Source of the DNA: Phoronis australis
Lineage: Eukaryota > Animalia > Phoronida
Assembly (NCBI GenBank): GCA_002633005.1
Contig: NMRA01000511.1
Coordinates: 4,147-68,146 of the forward strand
DNA: 64,000 nucleotides
Direction of reading: 5' to 3'
Part shown: piece by piece, positions 40,101 through 48,187 of the stretch
Position numbering within the stretch: position 1 is the stretch's first letter
How the letters are laid out: each line of letters opens with the position of its first letter
Program-made: the position numbers and the translations under genes
Notes under the pieces: generated by a model
What the model was told of the DNA's origin: nothing
Seen by the model: the letters and a program-made list of their open reading frames with translations, nothing else
Database searches by the model: none

Positions 40101-43100
40101 CGTCACAGGCAGTGGTCGGCCAGTGTGCCGTTGTGCTATTGGCTTCAAGGGCGCTACATGTCTGCAGAAAGATCCAACTTGCGGAAAGAAGTGTGGTAAA
40201 CATGGCAAATGCCAACAGGAGGACAATGTGTACTCATGTCACTGCGATGCCGGTTACAGCGGACTACGTTGTAGACGGCAGATTGATCCGTGTCTTTCCG
40301 CACCTTGTCGGAACGACGGAACGTGCCAGAAGTCAGCCAGCGGTTATCGCTGTAGTTGTCCAGACGGGTACACTGGGACACTATGTGAATCGCCGGTGGT
40401 GCGAAAATTTAACCCCTGCTCCAAGTCGCCGTGTGAAAATAATAGTACCTGTGTTACTATGGGCGACGGCTCCTACACGTGCATTTGCCTCCCGGCGTAT
40501 TTCGGGGCGAGGTGTGAGAACAAAGTTGAAACTCCTCACGACACCACCGTTGCAGTCTATTGCAACGGGAAGTCGGACAAACAACAATGCGGATCTCACG
40601 GAACTTGCGAGGACGGTGTTTGTAAGTGTGAGAAAGGGTACGATGGAATTCGGTGCGAGACAGATGTTGACGAATGTGCGGGCCTGCCATGCGGAGAGCA
40701 CGGGACGTGCGTAGATGGTATAGCCAAGTACACGTGTGTGTGTTCTGAAGGGTTTGAAGGGAGGAACTGCCAAACTGAGATTGACGAGTGCGTAAGTGGT
40801 CCGTGCCAAAATGGTGGCGATTGCGTCGACCTCATCGCCAGATATGAGTGCAGTTGTAACGAAGGTTTCACAGGACGTAACTGCGAGACAGACATCAATG
40901 ACTGCGCGTCGCAGCCGTGTGAAAACGGTGGTCTGTGTATTGACAGAGTTGCCGGTTACAGATGCGAATGTGCAAAGGGATATGATGGCAGGACGTGCCG
41001 TGTCGACATCGACGAGTGTGCAAGTAGCCCGTGTAAACACGGAGGAATCTGCAGAGACTTCATAGGCGACTACATGTGCAAGTGCGTTGACGGCTATGGG
41101 GGGAAGATGTGTGAGGGACTCCAGGACGCATGCGCTAAGAATCCGTGCAGGAATCAGGGAACTTGTCACACGGAAGAAGAGGGTGAATATTTCTGTGAGT
41201 GTCCCAAGAGGTATTTCGGCAAGAACTGCGAAACGACAAAGTTGGCCTGTCTTAGCAATCCGTGCCAAAATGGAGGGGGATGTGTGGAACAGGATGAATC
41301 CTTTACGTGCACGTGCAAATTAGGATTCACCGGAGCTCGATGCGAATTTGAGATAAACGAATGCAGCAACAATCCATGTTCGGACCATGGTATCTGCAAA
41401 GATGGTAAGGGGCAATTCACGTGCATTTGCAAACAAGGGTTCACGGGAGAGCTATGCGAAACGGAAATTGACATGTGTCAGTCCCAAGAGTGCAAAAACG
41501 ACGGACGTTGTATTACCGAAAGCGGTTTGGCCAGATGTTTGTGCACGCCCGGATTCGCAGGTACGGTCTGTGACGAAAACATAAATGAGTGTCTAAGCAA
41601 TCCTTGTAGAAATGGCGGGAAATGCGTAGATGGCGTTAACAACTACGTCTGCCTATGTAGTCGTGGTTTTTCTGGCCGCACTTGCTCAGAACTCACGCGG
41701 AAATGCATGGTAGGCACGTGCAAAAATGAAGGCACGTGTGTAGAGAATAAAGACGGTGCAAAATGTGTGTGCAAGCCAGGTTTTACCGGGGCTACTTGCA
41801 ACGTTGAAGTCAACGAGTGCGAAAGTTATCCGTGCAGAAACGACGGGTTCTGTCTTGACCTCGTAGACGACTATGGTTGTAAATGCACAGCCGGATTTTA
41901 CGGAAAAAACTGTCAGAGTGACTATAACGAATGTCTCTCCAACCCCTGCAGCAACAACGCTGTTAAATGCATAGACGGGACCAATTCTTTCAATTGTGTG
42001 TGTATGCCAGGTTTTACAGGGGTTACCTGTAGTACGGACATAGACGACTGTAAGGATCAGCTGTGTCAGAACGACGGCATTTGCCTGGACAAGGCCAATG
42101 GCTTCATATGCGAATGCTCCGGAAGCTTCACAGGTCGACTGTGCGAAAATAGGAAAGATCCTTGCGCCAGTAACCCGTGCACTGCTGAGCAAACGTGTAT
42201 GCATATGCAAGGTAACTTTGAGTGCAAGTGTCCACCAAACAGACATGGTGTCCACTGTGACAAAGAAGACACTCTCTGTCACTCTATGCCATGTAAGAAT
42301 GGAGGTGTTTGCAAGGGTTCGCCTCTGGAATACACGTGCCATTGCCAGGAAAATTACAACGGAATGAATTGTGAGATCAAGTACTGTGATGTCAATCAAT
42401 GTGGACACTTGTCCACATGCGTGGTGACTCATCGAGGTCACGGATTTAAATGTGTGTGCCCGCCTGGACTGGAGGGTGACAGGTGTCAACAGACGAAGGA
42501 ACCTTGCGCAAGCGCACCGTGCACACACGGTAACTGCTCGGAAGTCGAAGGCAAATTTGAATGCTCATGTGACGATGGATATCATGGGGTAAGGTGCGAC
42601 AAATATTACCCTTGCCTTAAAAACGTCTGCAAACACCAGGGCACGTGCATGAAGGTGAACCAAGGGTTTAAATGCTTATGTCCAACTGGTTACACCGGTC
42701 GAGATTGTCAACTGGTGACATGCGACCTCATAAACTGCGGCAACAACGGCAAGTGTGTGAAAATTAGGGGGACAGTGACGTGTCGATGTAACAAAGGCTT
42801 CACCGGAAAAGAGTGTAACGTCAGCAAAGGTGAGCAGGATATACAGGGACATGTTGACAATTGGGAGAAACGGGAAACATTTTTTATCTTAACAGAGCGC
42901 GTTTCAAAACGCTTTTGGTGCTTTCTGCATTCACTATTCTCATGCTATAGCAATCCTCATTAGATGATATACACGGAAACGAACCTAGCTTGCTTCCAAC
43001 ATATTGCTAAGTTCAGTAATTGAAACTGTATAGATCTTACAACAGTAGTGCTACATGCACATAGTGCACAACGGTCACTATATAACTGCCACTGGGTGAC

Positions 43101-45330
43101 CTGAACCATTGAAAGAAAAAATAGTTTAACCCTTCAAACTTGTTTACATTCTGTTAAATCAGCAAGCATGTCTTAGGATATCCGCATGACACTATAAACT
43201 AGTGGTCTTAACTGCTTTTATCTCCAAGAACAACACCGAAGTCCCACTCGTACAACAACAGGCGGCAGCAAGGATTTCAGATAAAATGATCTAATCTGGT
43301 GTGGAATCCTTGTAAATAATGTTAAAATAACCTTTTACAGACGGAGCGCGTCACCCCACTACGGTGCCAGATGGATCACGTAACACCACAACGTTGCCGG
43401 ATGTCAAAAGCGTTTCAACGACGTCCAGCGAGTATCCGATACGACCTAAAATAACAATATTCGGTTTCAACTTGTACGTGGCGCAGTTCCTAGCTGCTAT
43501 GCTTGGCGCCATCACCCTGTTTGTCGGCGTCTGCCTAGTGATCACCTGCTGCAGGGTCAGGTACACGGTTTCTAACTCGTACTCTACCCTAGACTTTGCA
43601 CTCATTGCACCCAAGCGTAGAGATATATAGACATGTGTTTAGCGCGTTTAATGGGGGCGGGGGGGGGGGGGTAAAANTCAAATTTCGGACTACAAAATTG
43701 TTTTTTAGATGTTTACGTCAAAGAGGCTTAACGGGGTCACGTGCAGCTGCCAAAATTTGTTCCAGTCACGCTTGTTCGTTTTTGGTGAAATCTGATAACA
43801 ACACATGTTTTCAAATACAACAGGCTGAAACAGCTTTCCATCAAGGACCGAAGATGCACGGCACCAAGCTTTGACCTAAACCGTAAGCAGTGCCCCAACG
43901 TTAAAAGTTCCGAGAGAAGCATACTCACCGGTCATGCTGCCTCGTCCAGTTCCCCGTCCCCTCCTAAAACAGGGACAGTCGGTGTGAAAGTGACTTCGAA
44001 AGGCCCAAGAGTCTACATGTCAGGCTTGTCAACGCCACCTTCAAAAGCCATGAAGACATGGCATAACAACTGCGAAGACAAGGAACAAGTTCTTGTGCGT
44101 CCCAGCATCACAGCGCGCAGTAGCCTTTTTATTGATTTGGCAGAGGAAGAGGAGAGGAGAATTATACAATCTAATGCTTCACTTCCAGTTACGGTCAGTA
44201 GTAAACATAAAACACAACCCGCCAGTCTGGTGAAGAAAGACGCTGGAACACGGGACGCCCATGTGAATGACAAAGGGGAAGTGGTAAGAGTAGTTTATAA
44301 CCATGAGAAAAGGGAGAAAAATGACGAAGGGGTCGTGTTGAATGAGGCAGACACGTCCGGAAAGAGGACAAGGGAGGCATTGAACAATTTATTCGAAAAT
44401 AGGGCAAACTCAAAATACCAGGTACCAAAGACGGAAATGGATGAGTCTCGTGTAAAGGAACGGGATAAATCTAAGAAAGTTCACAGGGATTCAGAGAGTA
44501 CCAAACGCGGGGTTGTAAAAAATTCGAACAATTCATACCAAGACACAGTAATCACAACGAGAGTTTCTAGCGAAAGCAACGTTGTTCCTTTAATGAAGAA
44601 TAAACACAGCAGCGTCGTGCGAGACATGATGAAGTTCTTTGAGAACAGATCCACTGGTGACACACCCAAGTATCCGCAGCGGAATTTCTACGTACCAGGC
44701 GAGAGTAATGACGCTGCGCAAGAGCAGCCGGTGTCTCGCACAAAGTTTGGAGAATCGTCTGCAAAGGTGATCACGGAGAAGAATGCAGGTTTCCAGAAAT
44801 GGGGATTTGAAAAAAGAAAAAGTGAGCAAATCGATGCTGGACCCCCTACACAAGAGGGGCAACCAGAGGCACACCATCAGAAGTATGTCCAAGAGGCACC
44901 AAACGCCAAAGAACCTGAGCTGTCAAGCTCGCACCGAGGAACTGTGTTGGCCCAGCAAACGCTCATCGACGACACATTAGGAACAACAAGACTAGTAGGT
45001 GATAAGATTCACGTGCTTGGCGAATCTGTGGAGATCATGCCAAAGAAAAAGCATAAAACGAAACATGGTCGTAAGCAAACTAAACATAGACGATCCCAGC
45101 CACATGAGAATGGCAACATCTGTCAGAAATCAGAAGGCTGTGATAATACGCCACAACAGAACGCACAAGCGTTAGAACTTGGCAGTAAGTCAAAAGCAGA
45201 TGTAGTAAATGACGAGATACGAGTTGACACAAAATTGACCGTCATGGAAGAAAATGAGGCGGAGAAGGCGAAGAAGCATAGGAGACGGTCATCGAAGCTT
45301 GTAAAATTGCTGAAGCGAGTAAAACCATAA
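3828..45330 (+). CDS. Multi-exon gene (49 predicted coding exons, ~2928 aa): type I membrane protein with signal peptide, 7 copies of an unassigned Cys-containing domain, Thr-rich linkers, 25 EGF-like repeats, TM helix and ~500 aa cytoplasmic tail
   Basis: Exons were found manually from AG/GT boundaries and paralogous translations. Phases are compatible at every junction, and the summed length of 8787 nt is divisible by 3 and ends at TAA 45328-45330. That all exons form one transcript is inferred. Confidence 0.7.
4688..4868 (+). mobile_element. MITE family 1 copy (with a 12-bp taggtcctagcg expansion)
   Basis: Imperfect TIRs ccgttcagtaacg.taggacct / aggtcctagcgtctactgaacgc; six copies in the window. 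Confidence 0.75.
5211..10264 (+). CDS. Repeat module A1 (6 exons: 5211-5381, 5776-5866, 6334-6458, 8342-8437, 9857-9913, 10196-10264)
   Basis: SCDELLDALSGQYF...RIEFSRDYYKVL...GLY / ISGSNPLHYCDVKC / YRCMNLMKVGEHLALNYKDS / CSKVTDCP...RLLN / NVTLAKPGEKLQP / DDYLDMTNNY. Canonical splice sites; exon sizes and phases match A2 and A3. Confidence 0.8.
7772..8325. repeat. 45-bp minisatellite, ~12 copies (intronic)
   Basis: Unit cacgttctgtatcgtgtacttacgcaccatttggggctgtattaa; 15-aa periodicity in the spurious ORFs. Confidence 0.95.
11378..13566 (+). CDS. Repeat module B1 (4 exons: 11378-11572, 11809-11896, 12829-12911, 13465-13566)
   Basis: CDTIALTLVGNYSLWSPEQMAHGWAKHVAKWLEIG...GLF / AHNVPFRFKIVHC...WSWVHT / YMCLIMRKVGDDVEGTY / MCNNTL...YPVNYFRFFN. 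Paralogous to B2 and B3, with the last three exons identical in size (88/83/102 nt) to those of B2. Confidence 0.8.
13590..13741 (-). mobile_element. MITE family 1 copy
   Basis: ggcgtgcattcagtaaacgctaggacc...aggtcctagcgttactgaacggg. Confidence 0.75.
14007..17265 (+). CDS. Array of six 33-nt phase-1/1 Thr-rich micro-exons (14007-14039, 14312-14344, 15066-15098, 15854-15886, 16645-16677, 17233-17265)
   Basis: Each reads tttcag|TGA..(33 nt)..CCAA|gta. Translations: SAVRKEITTP, RVTRKETTTP, ITTSMKKTTP, ITTSMEKTTP, STTSTKTTTP, STTRMETTTP. All are frame-preserving. Confidence 0.7.
14735..14909 (+). pseudogene. Pseudo-exon copy of the module-A first exon
   Basis: VSRLLSAVEGQYFHVSS matches 17419-17595, followed by a frameshift and stop. 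The donor is mutated from gtaagt to ctaagt. Confidence 0.75.
15507..15678 (+). pseudogene. Pseudo-exon copy of the module-A first exon (172 nt, frameshifted)
   Basis: LNALQGQCFYGSSLQSLGYFKES matches LDALEGHYFHVSSLQNLAYFKES. It is 5 nt shorter than the 177-nt intact exon; splice sites are retained. Confidence 0.7.
16296..16467 (+). pseudogene. Pseudo-exon copy of the module-A first exon (frameshift plus in-frame TAG)
   Basis: Near-identical to 15507-15678, with GGA TAT changed to GGA TAG. Confidence 0.7.
17419..20086 (+). CDS. Repeat module A2 (17419-17595, 17941-18031, 18339-18439, 18971-19072, 19353-19409, 20018-20086)
   Basis: LLDALEGHYF...RIEFGRDYYRVL...GLF / ISGTKPLRFCRL / YRCLRLMKSGSDLVVDYEDS / CHKVDKCP...RLVLLN / NATLAKPGEKLQ / RYLETTTNVYL. 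Exon-for-exon paralog of A1. Confidence 0.8.
19498..19650 (-). mobile_element. MITE family 1 copy
   Basis: gtgcgttcagtaacgctaggtcc...ggtcctagctttattgaacggtaggc. Confidence 0.75.
20516..22148 (+). CDS. Repeat module B2 plus linker (20516-20686, 20923-21010, 21399-21481, 21854-21955, 22098-22148)
   Basis: FCAPLLDGVVGRYSLWSLDQMRQGWAQKAPKYVEFGQDYF...GLF / ADNIPFRYSRVKC..WLWVHT / YMCIILRKIGEHVEGTY / MCINTL...YPKNYFRLYN / NETCVERAPAVKSNAS. Confidence 0.8.
22482..24559 (+). CDS. Repeat module A3 (22482-22649, 22939-23035, 23349-23446, 23844-23939, 24154-24210, 24491-24559)
   Basis: NCHVQMRPVLGQYW...IEFGPDYYKVI...GLF / ISGMRRLRYCHLQC / YRCMYLKRTGDNLSVAYKDS / NCSDVTDCP...RLFD / NTTVAPRGEILQP / EGFVDTTSKYLL. 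Confidence 0.8.
25003..27215 (+). CDS. Repeat module B3 plus linker (25003-25173, 25641-25728, 26192-26277, 26661-26774, 27141-27215)
   Basis: KCATLLEGVRGRYSAWSSREMEEGWAKSVPKWVEIERDYF...GLF / ADSVPFRYNEVSC..WLWI / YMCITLRKLGEDIEG / MCKY...YPAYFFRLYD / NVTRDRDVNSHDFLGDPF. Confidence 0.8.
27689..29757 (+). CDS. Divergent seventh repeat module C (27689-27835, 28286-28379, 28803-28873, 29632-29757)
   Basis: ECNVTATRIRGVYS...RIRFCLGYF...SLF / TDNIQFKYYQMKC / VRCLVLVANGSNLYGTF / SC...PNFFRLRN. Same 4-exon phase pattern (1-1, 1-2, 2-1, 1-1) as module B. Confidence 0.7.
27990..28160 (+). repeat. Dispersed repeat, inverted copy at 49669-49812
   Basis: catttggcgaagtgg..aaaaa..ccgcct.agaga...attcggcgaatgcac.attcat matches the reverse complement of 49669-49790. 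Confidence 0.65.
30969..31028 (+). CDS. Thr-rich (mucin-like) stalk exon
   Basis: ttctag|...|gtaaaa; EPTETSSTTPPTEGTTTTTT, 60 nt, phase 1/1. Confidence 0.7.
31179..31554 (+). mobile_element. MITE family 2 copy
   Basis: Collinear with 2569-2973 (gctctgagcccactag, gtctacgtcaccgcgaga, tggttagcccaatacat). Confidence 0.7.
32228..32378 (+). mobile_element. MITE family 1 copy
   Basis: gcctcccgttcagtaacgctaggacc...aggtcctagcgtctactgaacgcacg. Confidence 0.75.
34529..34615 (+). CDS. Ser/Thr-rich stalk exon
   Basis: ttttag|...|gtgcgt; APTSSSVSTIRDMSPTMSTTESTTTTLRT, 87 nt, phase 1/1. Confidence 0.65.
36135..36221 (+). pseudogene. Duplicate of stalk exon 34529-34615 with a broken acceptor
   Basis: Same 87-nt open sequence and donor, but the acceptor ttttAG is changed to ttttAT. 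Confidence 0.65.
36950..37367 (+). mobile_element. MITE family 3 copy
   Basis: TIR gtgccgggttgcatg.aacag / ctgtttcatgcaacccggcac; related copy at 54909-55277. Confidence 0.7.
38003..38233 (-). repeat. Penelope pseudo-LTR-like terminal repeat (3' copy)
   Basis: Directly follows the GIY-YIG stop codon; reverse complement of 39400-39647. Confidence 0.75.
38035..38078 (-). ncRNA. Minimal hammerhead ribozyme motif (PLE type)
   Basis: Minus strand reads cac-CTGATGA-tggccgg agaataga ccgacc-GAAAC-GTC-gtg: core boxes, stem II, palindromic ACGT stem III and short cac/gtg stem I. Confidence 0.6.
38233..38918 (-). mobile_element. 5'-truncated Penelope-like retroelement: RT C-terminus plus GIY-YIG endonuclease (frameshift and stop)
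   Basis: RYLDFNSNHTKGVKKGII...FERNGYP...LYIPGITEKLERV, then after a frameshift NVIYEIPCECGESYIGETLRPLDTRIADH..*GVAEH...KRKIKEA. Confidence 0.9.
38926..39400 (-). mobile_element. LTR-like segment (TG...CA, 475 bp) followed by a Copia-like GGTTAT remnant
   Basis: Minus strand starts TGTCAGAAT, has ggcTATAAAta near 39065 and ends ..cagCA followed by GGTTATTGG. No TSD seen. Confidence 0.4.
39432..39515 (+). promoter_or_regulatory. tRNA-derived Pol III promoter-like head (A and B boxes); not a functional tRNA
   Basis: A box TGGTGTAGTGG at 39439 and B box GGTTCAAATCC at 39495. The anticodon arm and acceptor stem do not close. Confidence 0.6.
39572..39615 (+). ncRNA. Minimal hammerhead ribozyme motif (PLE type)
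   Basis: cac-CTGACGA-tggccgg agaataga ccgacc-GAAAC-GTC-gtg. Confidence 0.6.
39908..42829 (+). CDS. Single 2922-nt exon encoding 25 tandem EGF-like repeats (many of the Ca-binding type)
   Basis: Within ORF 39874-42963; acceptor attacag|TC, donor AAAG|gtgagc. 25 six-Cys units counted, with D/E-I-D/N-E/D-C starts, and C-x-S-x-P-C and C-x4-T-C glycosylation consensus in many repeats. Confidence 0.93.
43341..43560 (+). CDS. Juxtamembrane and transmembrane exon
   Basis: ttttacag|..DGARHPTTVPDG...LYVAQFLAAMLGAITLFVGVCLVITCCRV|gtacac. Hydrophobic ~23 aa helix followed by CC and basic residues. Confidence 0.85.
43824..45330 (+). CDS. Terminal exon: ~500 aa hydrophilic, low-complexity cytoplasmic tail
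   Basis: caacag|G CTG AAA.. (phase 2) runs in frame into ORF 43984-45330. Rich in K/E/S; no ankyrin, RAM or kinase motif. Confidence 0.8.
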
Positions 45331-45978
45331 TTAGCACCGTGTGATTTTACACTGAAAGTTAGCCATTTGTAGATACATATACATGTCTGTTAAAAAGTGT
45401 TCCCATTATGTCCGTTTGTTACGCCATCTTAGAAGAAACTGCGAGTTGATTTCATTACTCATTTTGCAGTTCTTCTTTCTAAAATGCCTAAACAGGAGGT
45501 TGAGGAGAAACGTAGGGGTCCACCACGATGTGTCCAGTAACGCAGGTGGTGTAAGCCTATTCACGCATTAAGGGTGTACTCCAATGGTTTACAGTAGCGG
45601 ATCTACGTTTTCAGTAAGGGGNCCTGGTACGTTTCTGGCACTTAACATGTCCCTGGAGTTTTTCTTAAGATAATTAAAAACCCTTCTCGATTTCGTCACA
45701 TGAACTTGGCTCATAAGTTTCGTGAAACCATATTTGTGCACATCTGGGTATGAGTCCCACCACCAGCAAAAATTTTTGTTGGAACATCTACTTACACACA
45801 CCTTTTTTAGCATACGAAAAGTCGTATACGAAAAAGTGTGGTGTGTATACAGGAGTTTAGACAACTACCAAACATTGAAGAGCATAAGGAGCACCCACGG
45901 GGCGTAAAAACTTGAATCTCAGATGATCGCAACAGCCTCAAGCTGTTTAAGAATGAAGACCTGTACTGTTAGTCCGGA

Positions 45979-46066
45979 AATAAACATGTGTTCTGTCTCG
46001 TTACGAGAAAAACTGGCGAACGATGGTGCTCTCAGCTCATAGTCTATTACTAAAATCAACAATAAA
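45979..46066 (+). terminator. Candidate polyadenylation signals of the EGF gene
   Basis: AATAAA at 45979 and 46061, 0.65-0.75 kb after the stop codon. Confidence 0.35.
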
Positions 46067-46476
46067 CAATTAAGTATCACTTTATTAAGCTGAATCACGT
46101 TGACAACAATTGAAAAACGTCAAATGTATCAGGAAACAAATCATCTGAAAACAGTTTCACGAAACCAAAACACTTTGGTAAGCCTACACCGTGGTGAAAA
46201 GTTATATAGGAGTAGTTCGTAGAGGGACCAGATGTACACTGAGAGTACACAAAAACTCTGGCCTGGTCCGTCACGAGACCAAAAGTACATGTACACCTGT
46301 GCTAATTATCCCTACAAAAATAGTCGATTTGTCGCGGGCCCAAACACCACTGGTTGAGACAAATAGTTTTACAAAGCACACTTTGGTAAACAACATCACA
46401 AGACTAGTTCGCCGAGGGACCAGAAGTACACTGAAAGTCGATATCTACACAAATCAAGCTGGAATGGTCCGTCGTT

Positions 46477-47215
46477 AGACCTAAAGCGTACTTTGCAAAC
46501 TTCTCTCTAGACACGTTTTAATCCCCAGTGGTTGCTCATACGTGTAGTTTACACATCTGGTGGTCAACTGCTGCGAGAGGTTGTCAAGGAAGGGTTTTCG
46601 CACCGCTCTGTAGTACTCGCTGGAAGAAACAAGTATTGGGTACAGATTTAACTACGCACTACACGAAATAAGATTTTATATATGAAGCAGATAGACTCAT
46701 GTGGAAATACAAACCAGAATCAGTTTCTGTGCGCTCGTAGACCCTCTGGTGTACTGGGTAAATTTGGCATGTCTAAAAATAATTTCTATTTAGTTTTTAT
46801 TGTACACAAGCACAAGAAACCGACATTATTACAAACTGTGAATAATTATGACTTATTACCTGGGTGTTTCTCCAGGAACGTTGGTCCAATCTACCTGCTG
46901 TCTAGACTGCCGAGGAATCAGTATATCGGATCCAATGGTTTGCTTGTGTTAGAACCATTCTACCCAGACATCTTCGACGTTAGTTCCCAACGCTTGCACT
47001 TCGTCAACTGTTGTGTCAATGAGCTTGTTCACCTCTATAATGTAGCATCTCGTTTCGCAGCTCAGTTGGCACTAAGCCCCCTGGGGTTACCAAGTCCATT
47101 CAAAAGACTTACAGCATGCGCAACTAAATTTGTTCCTTTCATCATGGACTACATCAAACCTTGACGATGTATCCCAGGACCCATTTGCATCTCTTGCAAT
47201 TTTCGAAATAAACGT
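46477..47215 (-). pseudogene. Decayed hAT-type transposase fragment (PRKRIR/THAP12/ZMYM1-like) with an intron at 46620-46859
   Basis: ...NVEDVWVEWF*...IPRQSRQQVDWTNVPGETP|SEYYRAVRKPFLDNLSQQLTTR matches the hAT motif PR..RQ..R.N.P...EYYR....PFLD.L..L..RF. Internal stop and frameshifts. Confidence 0.65.
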
Positions 47216-47887
47216 CCCAATGTTTGAACGCTTGAAACCCGAAGTGCTAACATCAAATAAATTCCAATGGGCATGGGCGTTTCGTCGAGTGGGCCTTTCT
47301 GCGGAAATTCCCAATATAGAAAACCTCAGTGGTGCTTATTGCAGGTAGAAAGACGGTAGGTGTTGAGGTCGGCACTAGGGCTCCTTAGAAGGCCCATTGA
47401 ACATTGCACGAGTCCCGCAAGTCTTTGTTGTGACAATACTGCCTCCCCGCAATTTCTGGTAGGCCTACTGTACACTGTTCGCGAATGCGGTCACTTTGTT
47501 AATGTGAGTGCCCCCTTGGTCATTCCTTGTATAGTCATAACTTGTTAGAGTGCCATGATCTTCAAACAGACTCGCGACCAGACCACGGCGCCCACAACAA
47601 TAGCAATTCTTCGGAAAACGAATTTTTTTTCAAAAGTATTACATGTACATGTTCATTGTATGATAATGCGCAAGACAACTTTACAATACACCAGTCAAAT
47701 TCGAGTTAAAAACGTGTAGGGTGTAATAGGATGACACGGCATGACAGATGAGGTAAAAAGGTTGCCCATCAATTCGCCTTCGAATATCAGGGTTGCGGCA
47801 CCACAGTATTTCCCCTAATCAAATCAAAACATATCTTAGAGTAAAGAAACTAGTTACCTAAAGAAATCAGCTATAGAGCTGCTTTTT

Positions 47888-48187
47888 CAGCGGTGGATCC
47901 ATCTAAAATGCTTGGCTACTTCAGAAGTGTCGTCGGGGTTTTGCCGATGAGCCACGAAGAATCAAAACGCGTTGATTTTCATAACAGCAATTCACAATGC
48001 AAAAAATTTATTTCCAGAGTGAACCCCCCCCTCATTTTTTCCAAGTTGGTTTACTAGGGGTTTACACACGCTGGCGGTGCCGTTTTTGCTTTGGTGGAGA
48101 CGTTTTTTTGTGTTTTTTTAATTTTTGGGTCCTGGCCCGACGGGGGGGGGTTTAAACCCCCTGAAGCCCCCCCGTAGATCCGCCACA
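47888..48187. mobile_element. MITE with CAGTGGCGGATC-type ends (related ends at 195-208, 17128-17142, 45592, 49656)
   Basis: cagcggtggatcca...tagatccgccac; the terminal motif (ta)gatccgccactg recurs through the window. Confidence 0.5.

Noticed and set aside
39748-42528. Long antisense and alternative-frame ORFs (39748-40215, 40112-40714, 40381-41268, 41686-42528)
   Set aside because: Shadows of the codon-biased EGF exon with no independent motifs.
39874-42963. Calling the 1029-aa ORF Notch, Crumbs, Delta/Serrate or fibropellin
   Set aside because: No LNR, ankyrin, DSL, LamG, CUB or avidin domain in the flanking exons. The ORF ends are intronic read-through.
43228-43260. Possible extra 33-nt exon (EQHRSPTRTTT) before the TM exon
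   Set aside because: Would need an AAG acceptor and a weak GC donor; not needed for frame.
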